A stretch of 64,000 bases of DNA, taken from NCBI GenBank assembly GCA_963834375.1, contig CAWIBM010000001.1:453864-517863 (forward strand), in the 5' to 3' direction. How positions within the stretch are numbered: the first letter of the stretch is position 1; the number at the start of each line of letters is the position of its first letter. The DNA is from an uncultured Acidimicrobiia bacterium. GTDB lineage: Bacteria > Actinomycetota > Acidimicrobiia > Spongiisociales > UBA5794. The position numbers were made by a program, and so were the translations under genes. This document shows, piece after piece, positions 1 to 9,163 of this stretch. The notes under the pieces were generated by a model. It was not told where the DNA came from. It made no database searches and was given only the letters and a program-made list of their open reading frames with translations.

Positions 1-327
1 GGCCTCGGCCACGTTGGAGGTGGCGTCGAGGCCCTCGATGAGGAAGAAGTCCTGGAACACGAAGCCGATGCGGTGCGAGCGCAGCCCGGACAGCTCGGCG
101 TCGGACAGCTCGGCCAGGTCGATGCCGTCCACCTTGACCGAACCTGCGGTGGGACGGTCGAGCGCCCCCATCAGGTTGAGCAGCGTGGACTTCCCCGACC
201 CCGACGGGCCTATCACGGCCGCCAGCTCCCCGCTCTCGACCACCAGGTCGACATCACTCAGGGCGGTCACCTGGGGCGGGCCGGCGTAGGTCCGGCCGGC
301 GGCTTCGAGCTCGAGGACGGCGGGCAC
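1..327 (-). CDS. ABC transporter ATP-binding protein (MacB/LolD type), N-terminal part; the gene runs off the left edge of the window
   Basis: Minus-strand translation from GTG at 327 reads [76 protein letters not shown] (Walker A). It is absent from the ORF track because the window edge truncates it. It starts 3 nt after the stop of the adaptor gene. Confidence 0.85.
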   Translation of the reverse strand, partial: MPAVLELEAAGRTYAGPPQVTALSDVDLVVESGELAAVIGPSGSGKSTLLNLMGALDRPTAGSVKVDGIDLAELSDAELSGLRSHRIGFVFQDFFLIEGLDATSNVAEA

Positions 328-329
328 GG

Positions 330-1429
330 TCAGCGGGGGACGACCACGACGTCACCGGGCTCGACGTCGCCGGTGACCTCGACCAGGCCGTCGGCGAAGG
401 TCCCCACCTCGACCGCCACCAATCGGGTGGAGCCTTCCTGGCGCCCCCGTCGGAGGCGACGACCTCGACGGCGTAGCCGCCCTCGGCCAGGGCGAGCAGC
501 GCCTCCACCGGCACGGCGAGCACCGCCTCGGCGGTGCTCGAGGCGACGTCGACGTCGACCGGCGCCTCGTCGATCCCCGCTGCCAGGCTCTCGTCGGCGA
601 GGTCGATGCGCACCTCGACCACCCGCCGGCTCTCGCCTTCACCGTTCCCTGACGCCTCGTCCGAGGAGATGACCAGCCGGCCCACCTCGCGGACGGTTCC
701 GGTGGTCGGGGTCCCGTCCGGCAGGGTGACGGCGACCTCGTCGCCGGTGGCGAGCAGGTCCTGCCGGTCGGCATCGAGCAGCACCAGCACGTCGTGGTTG
801 CGGGCGGTGACGGCGTACACCGGGCTGCCCGGGGCGACAACGGCGCCCGTCTGGGTGGCGGCCACCCCGACCCGGACCGGCGCGGCGACGAACACGATGT
901 CGGCGAGCCCGACGAGGCCGGTCTCCTCGCCGCCCATCGACGCCTGCCACTCCTCCACGGCAGAGGTGGTGGCGCCGTCGAAGGTCTCGTCGACCGAGAG
1001 GGTGCCGTCGGCGGTGAACCCCAGGGCCTCGAGGTTGGCTTCGAGCTGGGCGACGTCGGGGCCGTCGGGGACGCCCTCGGCGAGCGCCCGCCACACCGGG
1101 CGGTCGCCGAACATGACGGTCACCGGGCGGCCGTCCAGCTCGTAGGCGACATCACCCCTGGCGAGCACGGTCCCGCCCTCGGGCAAGCCGGTCACGGTGC
1201 CCGGTGCGGTGGCGAACAGCGTGCGGGGCGACCGGTAACCCAGCGTTCCTTCGAGCGTCTCCCGCTCCACCAGGTCGGTGCGGACGACGGCGACGGTGGA
1301 CGCCGGGGTGGTCGTCGCCGGCTCGGCGCCCGTTTCGTCTTCCCCGATCAGGTCCACGGCGACGAAGACGGCGACCCCCGCCAGGAGGAGGACGACGACT
1401 CCGATGGCGATGGCGAGCCCCCGGCTCAT
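330..1429 (-). CDS. Membrane-anchored HlyD-like efflux adaptor with a peptidoglycan-binding-like segment; one frame change near 445
   Basis: ORF 254..1465(-) contains the N-terminal TM anchor [18 protein letters not shown] and the PG_binding-like stretch [38 protein letters not shown]. After ...VEVVASDGG the frame degenerates. The neighbouring frame continues [37 protein letters not shown] and stops at 330. The ATG at 1429 overlaps the stop of the upstream gene (ATGA). Confidence 0.7.
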
Positions 1430-1986
1430 TCGTCGAGGCCGGGGAACCCCACCTGGCGCCGGCACACGTCGAGGGCATCCTGGAAGCCCTGGTCGGCGAA
1501 GTCGGCGAAGGCGGTCAGCGGGAACGGGATCGCCGCGGTGCTGGACGGGTCGGGGAAGTCGGCTATCCCCTCTTCGCGCATGCAGACGGCGAACTCCTGG
1601 AGCGAGTCCTGGAGCAGCGCCTGCAGCTCGGGGTCATCGGCGAAGGAGAAGGCACCGGCATCGGTCAGGATGGGCAGGCAGGTGTCGGCGGCCGCCTGCA
1701 CCTCCGGCGACTCGAGGTCGATCCCTGCGATGTCCTCAGGCCGGATGATCGGGGCACCCGATGCATCGAGCTGGACGTCGGGCACGTCGATGCCCTCGTC
1801 GCGCAGGCACTGGGTGAAGTCGAGCAGGGCATCCTCGATCCCCTGCCGCCCATCGTCACTCCCGGCTCCTTCTTCCGCCGAAAGCGAGGCGACCTCTTCG
1901 GCCTCGTCGTCACCGCCACACGCCGCCACCAGCGTGAGGGCGAGCGCCGTCACCAGCACGGGGACGATTCGTCGGAAGTCGGGCAC
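1426..1986 (-). CDS. Acidic, Cys-containing lipoprotein of unknown function
   Basis: 186-aa ORF. Signal peptide plus lipobox: VLVTALALTLVAAC-GGDDE. Translationally coupled to the adaptor gene. Confidence 0.7.
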   Translation of the reverse strand: MPDFRRIVPVLVTALALTLVAACGGDDEAEEVASLSAEEGAGSDDGRQGIEDALLDFTQCLRDEGIDVPDVQLDASGAPIIRPEDIAGIDLESPEVQAAADTCLPILTDAGAFSFADDPELQALLQDSLQEFAVCMREEGIADFPDPSSTAAIPFPLTAFADFADQGFQDALDVCRRQVGFPGLDE

Positions 1987-2059
1987 CGGGCCTCCTCGGG
2001 ACGGTCGCCGGTACGGTACCGGCGTCCCGGGGCAATCCCATCGGGCCGCTCCAGCGGAT

Positions 2060-3900
2060 CTAGATCCCCGTGATGGTGATGGTGAGGGTGAGGGTGACGC
2101 GGGCTCCGGTGGTGACGCTGATGGTCTCCAGGGTGGCGGTGTAGGTGCCGGCGGTGGTGTAGGTCTTGGTGAACGTCTTGGATCTGGCGGAGGCTTGGGT
2201 GCCGTCGCCGTAGGTGATGGTGCGGCGGTGGTTACCGGTGTGGGTGTCGGTGAAGGTGATCGCCTGCCCGGTGGTCGCCGGGTTGGGGGCGGCGGTGAAC
2301 TGCCCGGTGGGCACGGTGTTGGTCACCGTCACCGTGACCGCGGTGGAGGTGGCGGTGTTGCCGGCGGTGTCGGTGGCCACCGCGGTGAGGGTGTGGGATC
2401 CGTTGGTGACGGTGGTGGTGTTCCAGGCGTGGCTGTAGGGGGCGGTGGTGTCGGTGGCGACGGTGGTGCCGTCGACCTTGACCTGCACCGACGCCACCGC
2501 CACGTTGTCGGAGGCGGTCATCGACACCGTGGTGGTGCCCGACACCGTCGCCCCGGCGGTCGGGGCGGTGATCGACACCGACGGCGGTATCGTATCCGAA
2601 GGCGGGGGTGGCTGGTCGCCGTCGAAGAAGGCGGCGAGTTGTGCCCCGACGAACAGCTCGCCGGCGTCGTTGAGGCTGCACTTGTCGGTGCCGAGCATGC
2701 TGTTGGGCATCGGGCCGGTGTTCGGACCCCGTGAAGCGAGGTTCTCGGCGGCGGCCCAGTCGGCGAGGGCCACCGTGTTGGGCTGGCCGAAGGCGCCGGT
2801 CTGGGTGCAGCCGCCGTCGGCGAAGCCGTTGAGCGGCGACACGATGACCGGCGTTCCCGGGAGCAGGCCGTTCAGGCGTTCGATGGTGTAGGTGAGATCG
2901 ACCTGTTGCTCGATGCTCATCGGAAGTGGGCTGACGTCGTTGCCCTTCAGGCAGATCTGGAGCCATACCGCAGTCGGCGGCGATGCGGCGACCTTCGTCT
3001 CGAAGGGCTGCCATGGGACGGTCCCGCCGGCACCCCAGGATGTGATGACGCCGCTCTCGTAGTCGACCATCGGCACGGACCAGAACTTGTCGAGTCCGGA
3101 GACCGTGGAGTATCCCTCGACGTGCTGGACGGTGTTGGCGCAGCCGACCACGCCCAAGGGCCCGGGGAGGTCGGACGGGGTCAGTGGCGGGAGCGGCGGT
3201 CGGTCCGGCTTCGGTGGTGGCGGTGTCTGCCATCCGCCATTGTCGAACCAGGCGACCAGCTGAGCCCCGACATGGCTTATCCCTGAAGCGGTGAGATGGC
3301 AGTGATCGGGGGAGACCAGGTCGATGGTCGGCAGCCCGGTGACCGGGCCGTACTGGACGCCGAGGTGCGCGATGCCCCACTCGACGGCGGCGCGGCCCAC
3401 ATCCACCCCTCGGGCGCCGATCCTTCCGCAGACATGGCCCGGCGGGTAATCGTTTATGGGCGACACGTAGATGGGGATGGCGGGGTCACGCAGCCGGATC
3501 TGTTCGACGACGTGGGTGAGCAGGGTCTCGGTGTCGAGCCCGTCGGCGTCGTTGACGCATAGCATCACCCATGCCGCTGCATACCCGGCGGCCGGCCGGG
3601 AGCCGTCGTACTTGGCCCATGCCGCCCCGTACTTGCCGGCGAGGGGGTTTCCCCAGATGTCGAACGAAAGCCCACCCAGCGGCTGGGCGTTCATCTGGTC
3701 GAGCGACGACTGGGCCCGGTAGCCGGTGAGATGCTGGCTGGTGTTCGAACAGCCCACGACCCCGACCGAGTTGGTGGCATACGGGGGTGTGGGGCCACTG
3801 GTCTGGGCCGACGCCGCGGGCCGATGGAGACCAGCAACGCCGTCGACGCCACCAGCCATGCGAGTACACCAACGAGGATCAACGCGGGGCGCCTCATCAT
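2060..3900 (-). CDS. Secreted protein with tandem SGNH/GDSL-like domains, a bacterial Ig-like domain and a PKD-like domain; one frame change near 3815
   Basis: ORF 2060..3859(-). Domain 1 carries GCSNT...CVND...DHCH; domain 2 carries GCANT...GND...DKCS. The C-terminal part reads PPSVSITAPTAGATVSGTTTVSMTASDNVAVASVQVKVDG (Ig-like) and FTAAPNPATTGQAITFTDTHTG...TYTATL (PKD-like). The signal peptide MMRRPALILVGVLAWLVASTALLV lies in another frame (ORF 3691..3945), with the SD aggagg just upstream of the ATG at 3900. Confidence 0.65.
2070..2610. repeat. Copy 1 of a ~540-bp near-identical direct repeat (Ig-like + PKD coding module)
   Basis: Direct comparison with 4132-4671 shows only a few substitutions (for example ggatctggcgg vs ggatttggcgg, gttaccggtg vs gttgccggtg) and one 1-nt indel (gcgggctccggtgg here vs gcgggcccggtgg in copy 2). 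Confidence 0.95.
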
Positions 3901-4097
3901 CTGCCTCCTGCAGCAGTGCCTTGTCTGCGCAACCCCGCGTTGCATTTACGTACTACGCATCCGCCACGGTTCGTGTAGGGCCGAACGGCCCAAGGCGTGG
4001 CGATCGCCGGGGTCGACTACCTACGAGCGTGGTGTGCTGTCGTCACGTCACAGTCACCGGACCTGTACCGGCTCGGGAGTGGGCGGTCGCCGTGGGT

Positions 4098-6766
4098 TCA
4101 GCGCAGCTGGTTGGTGCCGGTGACGCCGGTGGTGATGGTGATGGTGAGGGTGAGGGTGACGCGGGCCCGGTGGTGACGCTGATGGTCTCCAGGGTGGCGG
4201 TGTAGGTGCCGGCGGTGGTGTAGGTCTTGGTGAACGTCTTGGATTTGGCGGAGGCTTGGGTGCCGTCGCCGTAGGTGATGGTGCGGCGGTGGTTGCCGGT
4301 GTGGGTGTCGGTGAAGGTGATCGCCTGCCCGGTGGTCGCCGGGTTGGGGGCGGCGGTGAACTGCCCGGTGGGCACGGTGTTGGTCACCGTCACCGTGACC
4401 GCGGTGGAGGTGGCGGTGTTGCCGGCGGTGTCGGTGGCCACCGCGGTGAGGGTGTGGGATCCGTTGGTGACGGTGGTGGTGTTCCAGGCGTGGCTGTAGG
4501 GGGCGGTGGTGTCGGTGGCGACGGTGGTGCCGTCGACCTTGACCTGCACCGACGCCACCGCCACGTTGTCGGAGGCGGTCATCGACACCGTGGTGGTGCC
4601 CGACACCGTCGCCCCGGCGGTCGGGGCGGTGATCGACACCGACGGCGGCACCGTATCCGAAGGCGGGGTGGCCGGCGTGGTCACGGAGATCTCGTTCGAC
4701 GCCGGCGAACGGTTGCCGGCGGCGTCCACCGCTCGCACGACGTAGGAGTACGTCGTGCTCGGCGAGACCGTGGTGTCGGTGTAGCTGGTCCCGGTCGGGG
4801 TGGCGATGTCGACGCCGTTGCGGGCCACGGCATAGTGGGTGACGCCGACGTTGTCGGTCGAGGCGCCCCAGCTCAGCGACACCGCGGTGTGGGTCACGCT
4901 GGTGGCGGCCAGCCCGGCCGGTGCGGTCGGCGCCTCGGTGTCACCCCCGCCTCCGCCGGTGAGGGCGAAGGTGATGCTCGAGACGGGTGAGGCGTTGCCG
5001 TAGGCGTCGACTGCCTGGATCTTGACCGTGTGGGTTGCGGCGGAGAGGCCGGTGTAGGTGATGGTGCCGGTGGTGCCGGTGCCGCAAACGGAGGTGACGC
5101 CACCATCGAGCGTGCATTCGAAGGTGACCGTCTCGTTGGAGCTGTAGGCGAAGGTGGCGGAGGTCCCGGCGCCGCTGGAGGGTGGCTGCTGGGTGATGGT
5201 GAGCGTCGGGTTGCTGAGGAAGTTGGCGAGTTTGGCCGCCATGTCGGCCTGGATGGCGGTGTAGGCGGCGTTGTTCCACAGGTTGGTGAGTTCCCAGGGG
5301 TCGGTGGTGAGGTTGTAGAGCTGAACGTGGCCGGTGTCGCGCCCGACCAGGTACTTGTACCACTGCCCGGTGGTGGCCTTGGCGACGACGCCGTCGATGG
5401 GGGCGTCGAGGTCGTAGAGGCCCCATTCGGTGCGCCACGGGGTGGTGGGGTTGGAGAGGATGGGGACCAGGGAGCCGCCCGTCCATCCTGATGGTGGCGG
5501 TGGCGCCGGCGAGGGAGACGATGGTGGGGGCGATGTCGATGTTGAGGGCGTAGTTGGTGGCATCGCGGGTGCCGCTGGCGGCGCCGGGGCAGATCCCGGT
5601 GGGGCACACCACGATGAACGGGACCCGGTGGCATTCCAGGTAGGGGCATTGCTTGCCGGTGAGCCGGTGCTCACCGGTGCCGCCGCCGTTGTCGGAGATG
5701 AAGACCCACACCGTGTTGGCCAGTCGCCCGTCGGCGACGAGCTGGTCGTAGAGGCTGCCCCACCATGTCGTCGACGGCTCGGTTCTGCTCCAGAGCCAGC
5801 CGGAAGTTGTCCAGGTTCCGGTTCATCTGGTTGGGCTTTGAGCGGGGTTGCCGGCAGATACGCCGGTGGGTTCGGCGACGGGATCACGTTGTGCGAGGGG
5901 TAGGTGGGGATGGTCAGCCCGGTGTAGATGCCCTGGTGGCGGGCGGCGACGGTCTGTGGGCTGTGTGGCGACGCCGGGTTGACGTAGAGGAAGAACGGGG
6001 TGGTGGTGTCGGCGGCGAGGAAGTCCTTGGACTGCTTGCAGATCAGGTCGGTGGAGTACAGGTTCCCGGCGGCGCACGCCGCCGTCGACGTCGAGTCGAC
6101 GTCGTTGTACCGGGTGACCTCCATGGCTCCCCCGACTCCCAGTTGATCCACGGGTAGTCGGTGTACGGGTCGTCCTGGTTGGTGTACCCGTGGAAGGAGT
6201 GGAACGAGTCCCAACCCGGCGGTATGTAGTTGGCCAGCGACCCCGCCCCGTACCCGTTGAGGTACTTGCCCACCAACCCGGTGCGGTACCCGGCGGCGTC
6301 CAACCAGGTGGCCAGCGTCGCCGAGTCATCCAACAGGGCACCATCGAGGGTGTTCACCCCGTGATGGCGGGTGTACTGGCCGGTCAGGATCGACGCCCGC
6401 GACGGACAGCACAACGACTGGGTCACCTCGCCACGCAGGAAGGTCACCCCGTTGGCCACCAGCTTCTGGGCTAGCTGCGGCATGCACGAGCTCGCCCCCG
6501 ACGTGTAGTCCGAGCTGTCGAACGTCGGCGCACACCGACCGATCGAATCCCACCGCTGATCGTCGGTGACCACCAACACGAAGTTCGGCTTCGCCGCAGC
6601 CTGGCCCTGCGCCACCACCGGCGACATGGCCGGTGGGCGACCCGGCTTCGACCACGGGGCTCGAGGCGGGGAGGGCGCCGGCCGGGTCGGCGACGGCTCG
6701 TCCGATCGACACCACCGTCGCCATCGAGAGCAACGCCGCCACCACGACGAAGCGGATACCCCTCAT
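4098..6766 (-). pseudogene. Secreted sulfatase (arylsulfatase family) with C-terminal FN3-like/Ig-like/PKD modules; at least 5 frame changes as assembled
   Basis: The fragments lie in different frames:
- 6766 onward: signal peptide MRGIRFVVVAALLSMATVV.
- 6043..6627: KPNFVLVVTDDQRWDS...SLCCPSRASILTG (the C-x-P-x-R formylglycine motif).
- 4043..6214: FFLYVNPASPHSP, and later LYNLTTDPWELTNLW plus the Ig modules.
- 4941..5711: WVFISDNGG...HRVPFIV.
Shifts are near 6625, 6120, 5800, 5480 and 4160. Confidence 0.8.
4132..4671. repeat. Copy 2 of the ~540-bp near-identical direct repeat (3' end of the sulfatase gene)
   Basis: See copy 1. The 1-nt deletion relative to copy 1 shifts the last ~25 codons of the sulfatase reading frame. 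Confidence 0.95.
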
Positions 6767-6940
6767 GCCAGCTCTCCCCACTTGGCTGATGCCGCTCCCC
6801 CGAGCAGCCGTGAGGGCATTCCAGCCCCACCAACCAGTATCCGGTAGGGGTCGGGCGACCCATATTGTGGGATAGGCGGCGATGCATAAGCGTCTGTCGA
6901 CCCCTACCATTCGCCGGCCCGCCGCCTCACCCGGAGCGCC

Positions 6941-7525
6941 ATGTCCCTCCTCCGCCCGTTGATGTCCGTCGTCGTGCTCGTCGTCCTGCTCGCCGCCTGC
7001 GGGGGCGACGACGAAGCCGGTGACACCGCCACCTCGTTGCCGGGCACCTCGATCCCCGGTGGTGGCACGACCACGGTCCCCGGACCGGCGCCCGCCGGGA
7101 ACGGCGACGACGTCGTCGACGTGGGGGAGACGGTTCGGGTCGACTACGTCGGCACGCTGGACGACGGGGAGCAGTTCGACAGCTCGTTCGATCGAGGCGA
7201 GCAGCTCGAGTTCGTCGCCGGGATCGGTCAGATGATCCCCGGGTTCGACGCTTCCGTGGTGGGCATGACCGTCGGGGAGACCAAGACGGTCACCATCCCT
7301 GCCGCCGACGCCTACGGCGAGCGCGACGAGGCGGCCATCGTCGAGTTCCCCATCGAAGAGGTTCCCGAGCAGTTCCGGGTGGAAGGCACGCAGGTGGACC
7401 TGGGGAACGGCCTTCCCGCCACGGTTGTCGAGGTCACCGACACCGTGGTGCGGGTGGACACCAACCACCCGCTCGCCGGCGAGGCGCTCACTTTCGAGAT
7501 CACCGTCGTCGAGATCGTCGACTGA
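6941..7525 (+). CDS. FKBP-type peptidyl-prolyl cis-trans isomerase lipoprotein (SlyD-like, with an insert-in-flap segment)
   Basis: 194-aa ORF. Lipobox LLAAC-GGDDE. FKBP core VRVDYVGTLDDGEQFDSS...LEFVAGIGQMIPGFDASVVGM...HPLAGEALTFEITVVEI. Confidence 0.85.
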   Translation: MSLLRPLMSVVVLVVLLAACGGDDEAGDTATSLPGTSIPGGGTTTVPGPAPAGNGDDVVDVGETVRVDYVGTLDDGEQFDSSFDRGEQLEFVAGIGQMIPGFDASVVGMTVGETKTVTIPAADAYGERDEAAIVEFPIEEVPEQFRVEGTQVDLGNGLPATVVEVTDTVVRVDTNHPLAGEALTFEITVVEIVD

Positions 7526-7574
7526 CGGGCCTGCCCGGCTGCAACGGCCGCGCCTCCCTAACCTCCGAATCGCC

Positions 7575-9155
7575 GTGCGCCGCCTCCTGCTCCACCCGTG
7601 GCTGTTCGGGGTATACCCGGTCCTGTACCTGTACTCGGTGAACCTCGACGAGGTGTCGGGGCCTGGCGACGTGGTCCCGGCGCTCCTCGCCACACTGGGC
7701 CTCACCGCACTGCTGCTGGTGATCGCCCGCCTGGTGTTGCGGTCGTGGCCGAAGGCGGCGGCGCTGACCTCGCTGCTGCTGGTGCTCGTCTTCTCCTATG
7801 GGCACGTGTGGCGGGCCATCGACGGAGCCGCTCTGACCGAGGCGGGGGGCCGGGACTACTGGTTGCTGGCGCTCTGGGGGGTCATCGCCGTCGGCGGCGG
7901 AGTCGCCGTGTGGCGGTCGCCCGACCCGCTTCCCGGGCTGACGATGGTGCTCAACGTCGCCGCCCTTGTCCTGGTGGGGGTGGCCGCCTCCTCGGTGGTC
8001 CTGGGGTTGCTCGACGACGGTGATCCGGCGGTGGCCGCCCCGCCCACCCAGGCGGGGAGCGGGGCGGAGGTGACACCGGTGGCGGACCTTCCGGACGACA
8101 GCCGCCCTCCCGACATCTACCTCTTGGTGTTCGACCGCTACGGCGGCGAGCGGACCCTGCAGAAGACATACGGGTTCGACAACACCGGGTTCCTCGCCGG
8201 GCTCGAGGAGCGCGGCTTCTACGTCGCCCACGACGCCATCGGCAACTACCCGAATACGGCACACTCGCTGGCCACCTCGCTCAACCTCGGCTATCTCGAC
8301 CATCTCACCGCCAGCGCCGGGCCCGACACCGGCGACTGGGAACCGGTGTACTCGATGGTCACCGACAACGAGGTGGGCCGTTTCCTCGAGGACCTCGGTT
8401 ACCGCCAGGTGCAGATCCCGTCATGGTGGGAGCCCACCCGGGACAGCACCACTGCCGACGTCACCCTCTCCTACGACCCGCTGTCCGAGTTCTCCCGGGT
8501 CCTCCTCAACACCACCGCGGTGCAGGCGGCGGCGATCCACCTCGGCCTGGTGGAGGACGAGGCCGACCCCAGGCGGGTCGAGTGGAACCGCGTCCAGTAC
8601 CAGCTCGAGCAGGTCGCCGCCGTGCCCCACGGCGACCAGCCGGTGTTCGTCTTCGCCCACGTTCTCCTGCCGCACCATCCGTATGTGTTCGCCGCCGACG
8701 GCAGCTTCCAGACCGTGGCGGACGAGGAGGGGCTCAGCCAGGTGGAGCGCTACGTCGGGCAGGTCGAGTACGCCAACGACCAGATCGAGTTGCTGGTCGA
8801 CGAGCTGCTCGACGTGCCCGAGAGCGAACGGCCGATCATCCTGCTCCAATCGGACGAAGGGCCGGCCCCGCGGCCGAGGCGGGACGCCCCGCCCCCGCCC
8901 GGGGACGACACCCCGTACTGGATGACCTACTCCGACGACCAGCTGCGGCAGAAGTTCGGCATCCTCAATACCTTCTACCTGCCCGGGTACGACGGCGCCG
9001 AGCTGTACCAGGGCATCTCACCGGCGAACAACTTCCGGTTGGTGTTCAACGCCTACTTCGGCACCGACCTCCCTCTGCTCGAGGACCGCGCCTACGTCTG
9101 GACCGACCAGGCCCACCTGTACGAGTTCACCGACGTGACCGACCGGCTCGGGTAG
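7575..9155 (+). CDS. Polytopic membrane protein with a C-terminal sulfatase-like (LTA-synthase/alkaline-phosphatase superfamily) domain
   Basis: In-frame GTG at 7575 lies just after the FKBP stop; the track ORF from 7425 overlaps the FKBP gene. About 5 TM helices are followed by DIYLLVFDRYGGE...NYPNTAHSLATSLN...LLPHHPYVF...LLQSDEGP. Confidence 0.6.
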   Translation: MRRLLLHPWLFGVYPVLYLYSVNLDEVSGPGDVVPALLATLGLTALLLVIARLVLRSWPKAAALTSLLLVLVFSYGHVWRAIDGAALTEAGGRDYWLLALWGVIAVGGGVAVWRSPDPLPGLTMVLNVAALVLVGVAASSVVLGLLDDGDPAVAAPPTQAGSGAEVTPVADLPDDSRPPDIYLLVFDRYGGERTLQKTYGFDNTGFLAGLEERGFYVAHDAIGNYPNTAHSLATSLNLGYLDHLTASAGPDTGDWEPVYSMVTDNEVGRFLEDLGYRQVQIPSWWEPTRDSTTADVTLSYDPLSEFSRVLLNTTAVQAAAIHLGLVEDEADPRRVEWNRVQYQLEQVAAVPHGDQPVFVFAHVLLPHHPYVFAADGSFQTVADEEGLSQVERYVGQVEYANDQIELLVDELLDVPESERPIILLQSDEGPAPRPRRDAPPPPGDDTPYWMTYSDDQLRQKFGILNTFYLPGYDGAELYQGISPANNFRLVFNAYFGTDLPLLEDRAYVWTDQAHLYEFTDVTDRLG

Positions 9156-9163
9156 CAGACGCC

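Noticed and set aside
794-2734. A 646-aa plus-strand ORF. Similar very long ORFs occur at 25520-27592 (+), 37425-39302 (+), 61788-63698 (-) and 29793-31397 (+).
   Set aside because: They run antisense to genes with clear family motifs, and their translations are low-complexity Arg/Gly/Pro/His strings. This is the usual stop-codon-poor shadow ORF of GC-rich DNA.
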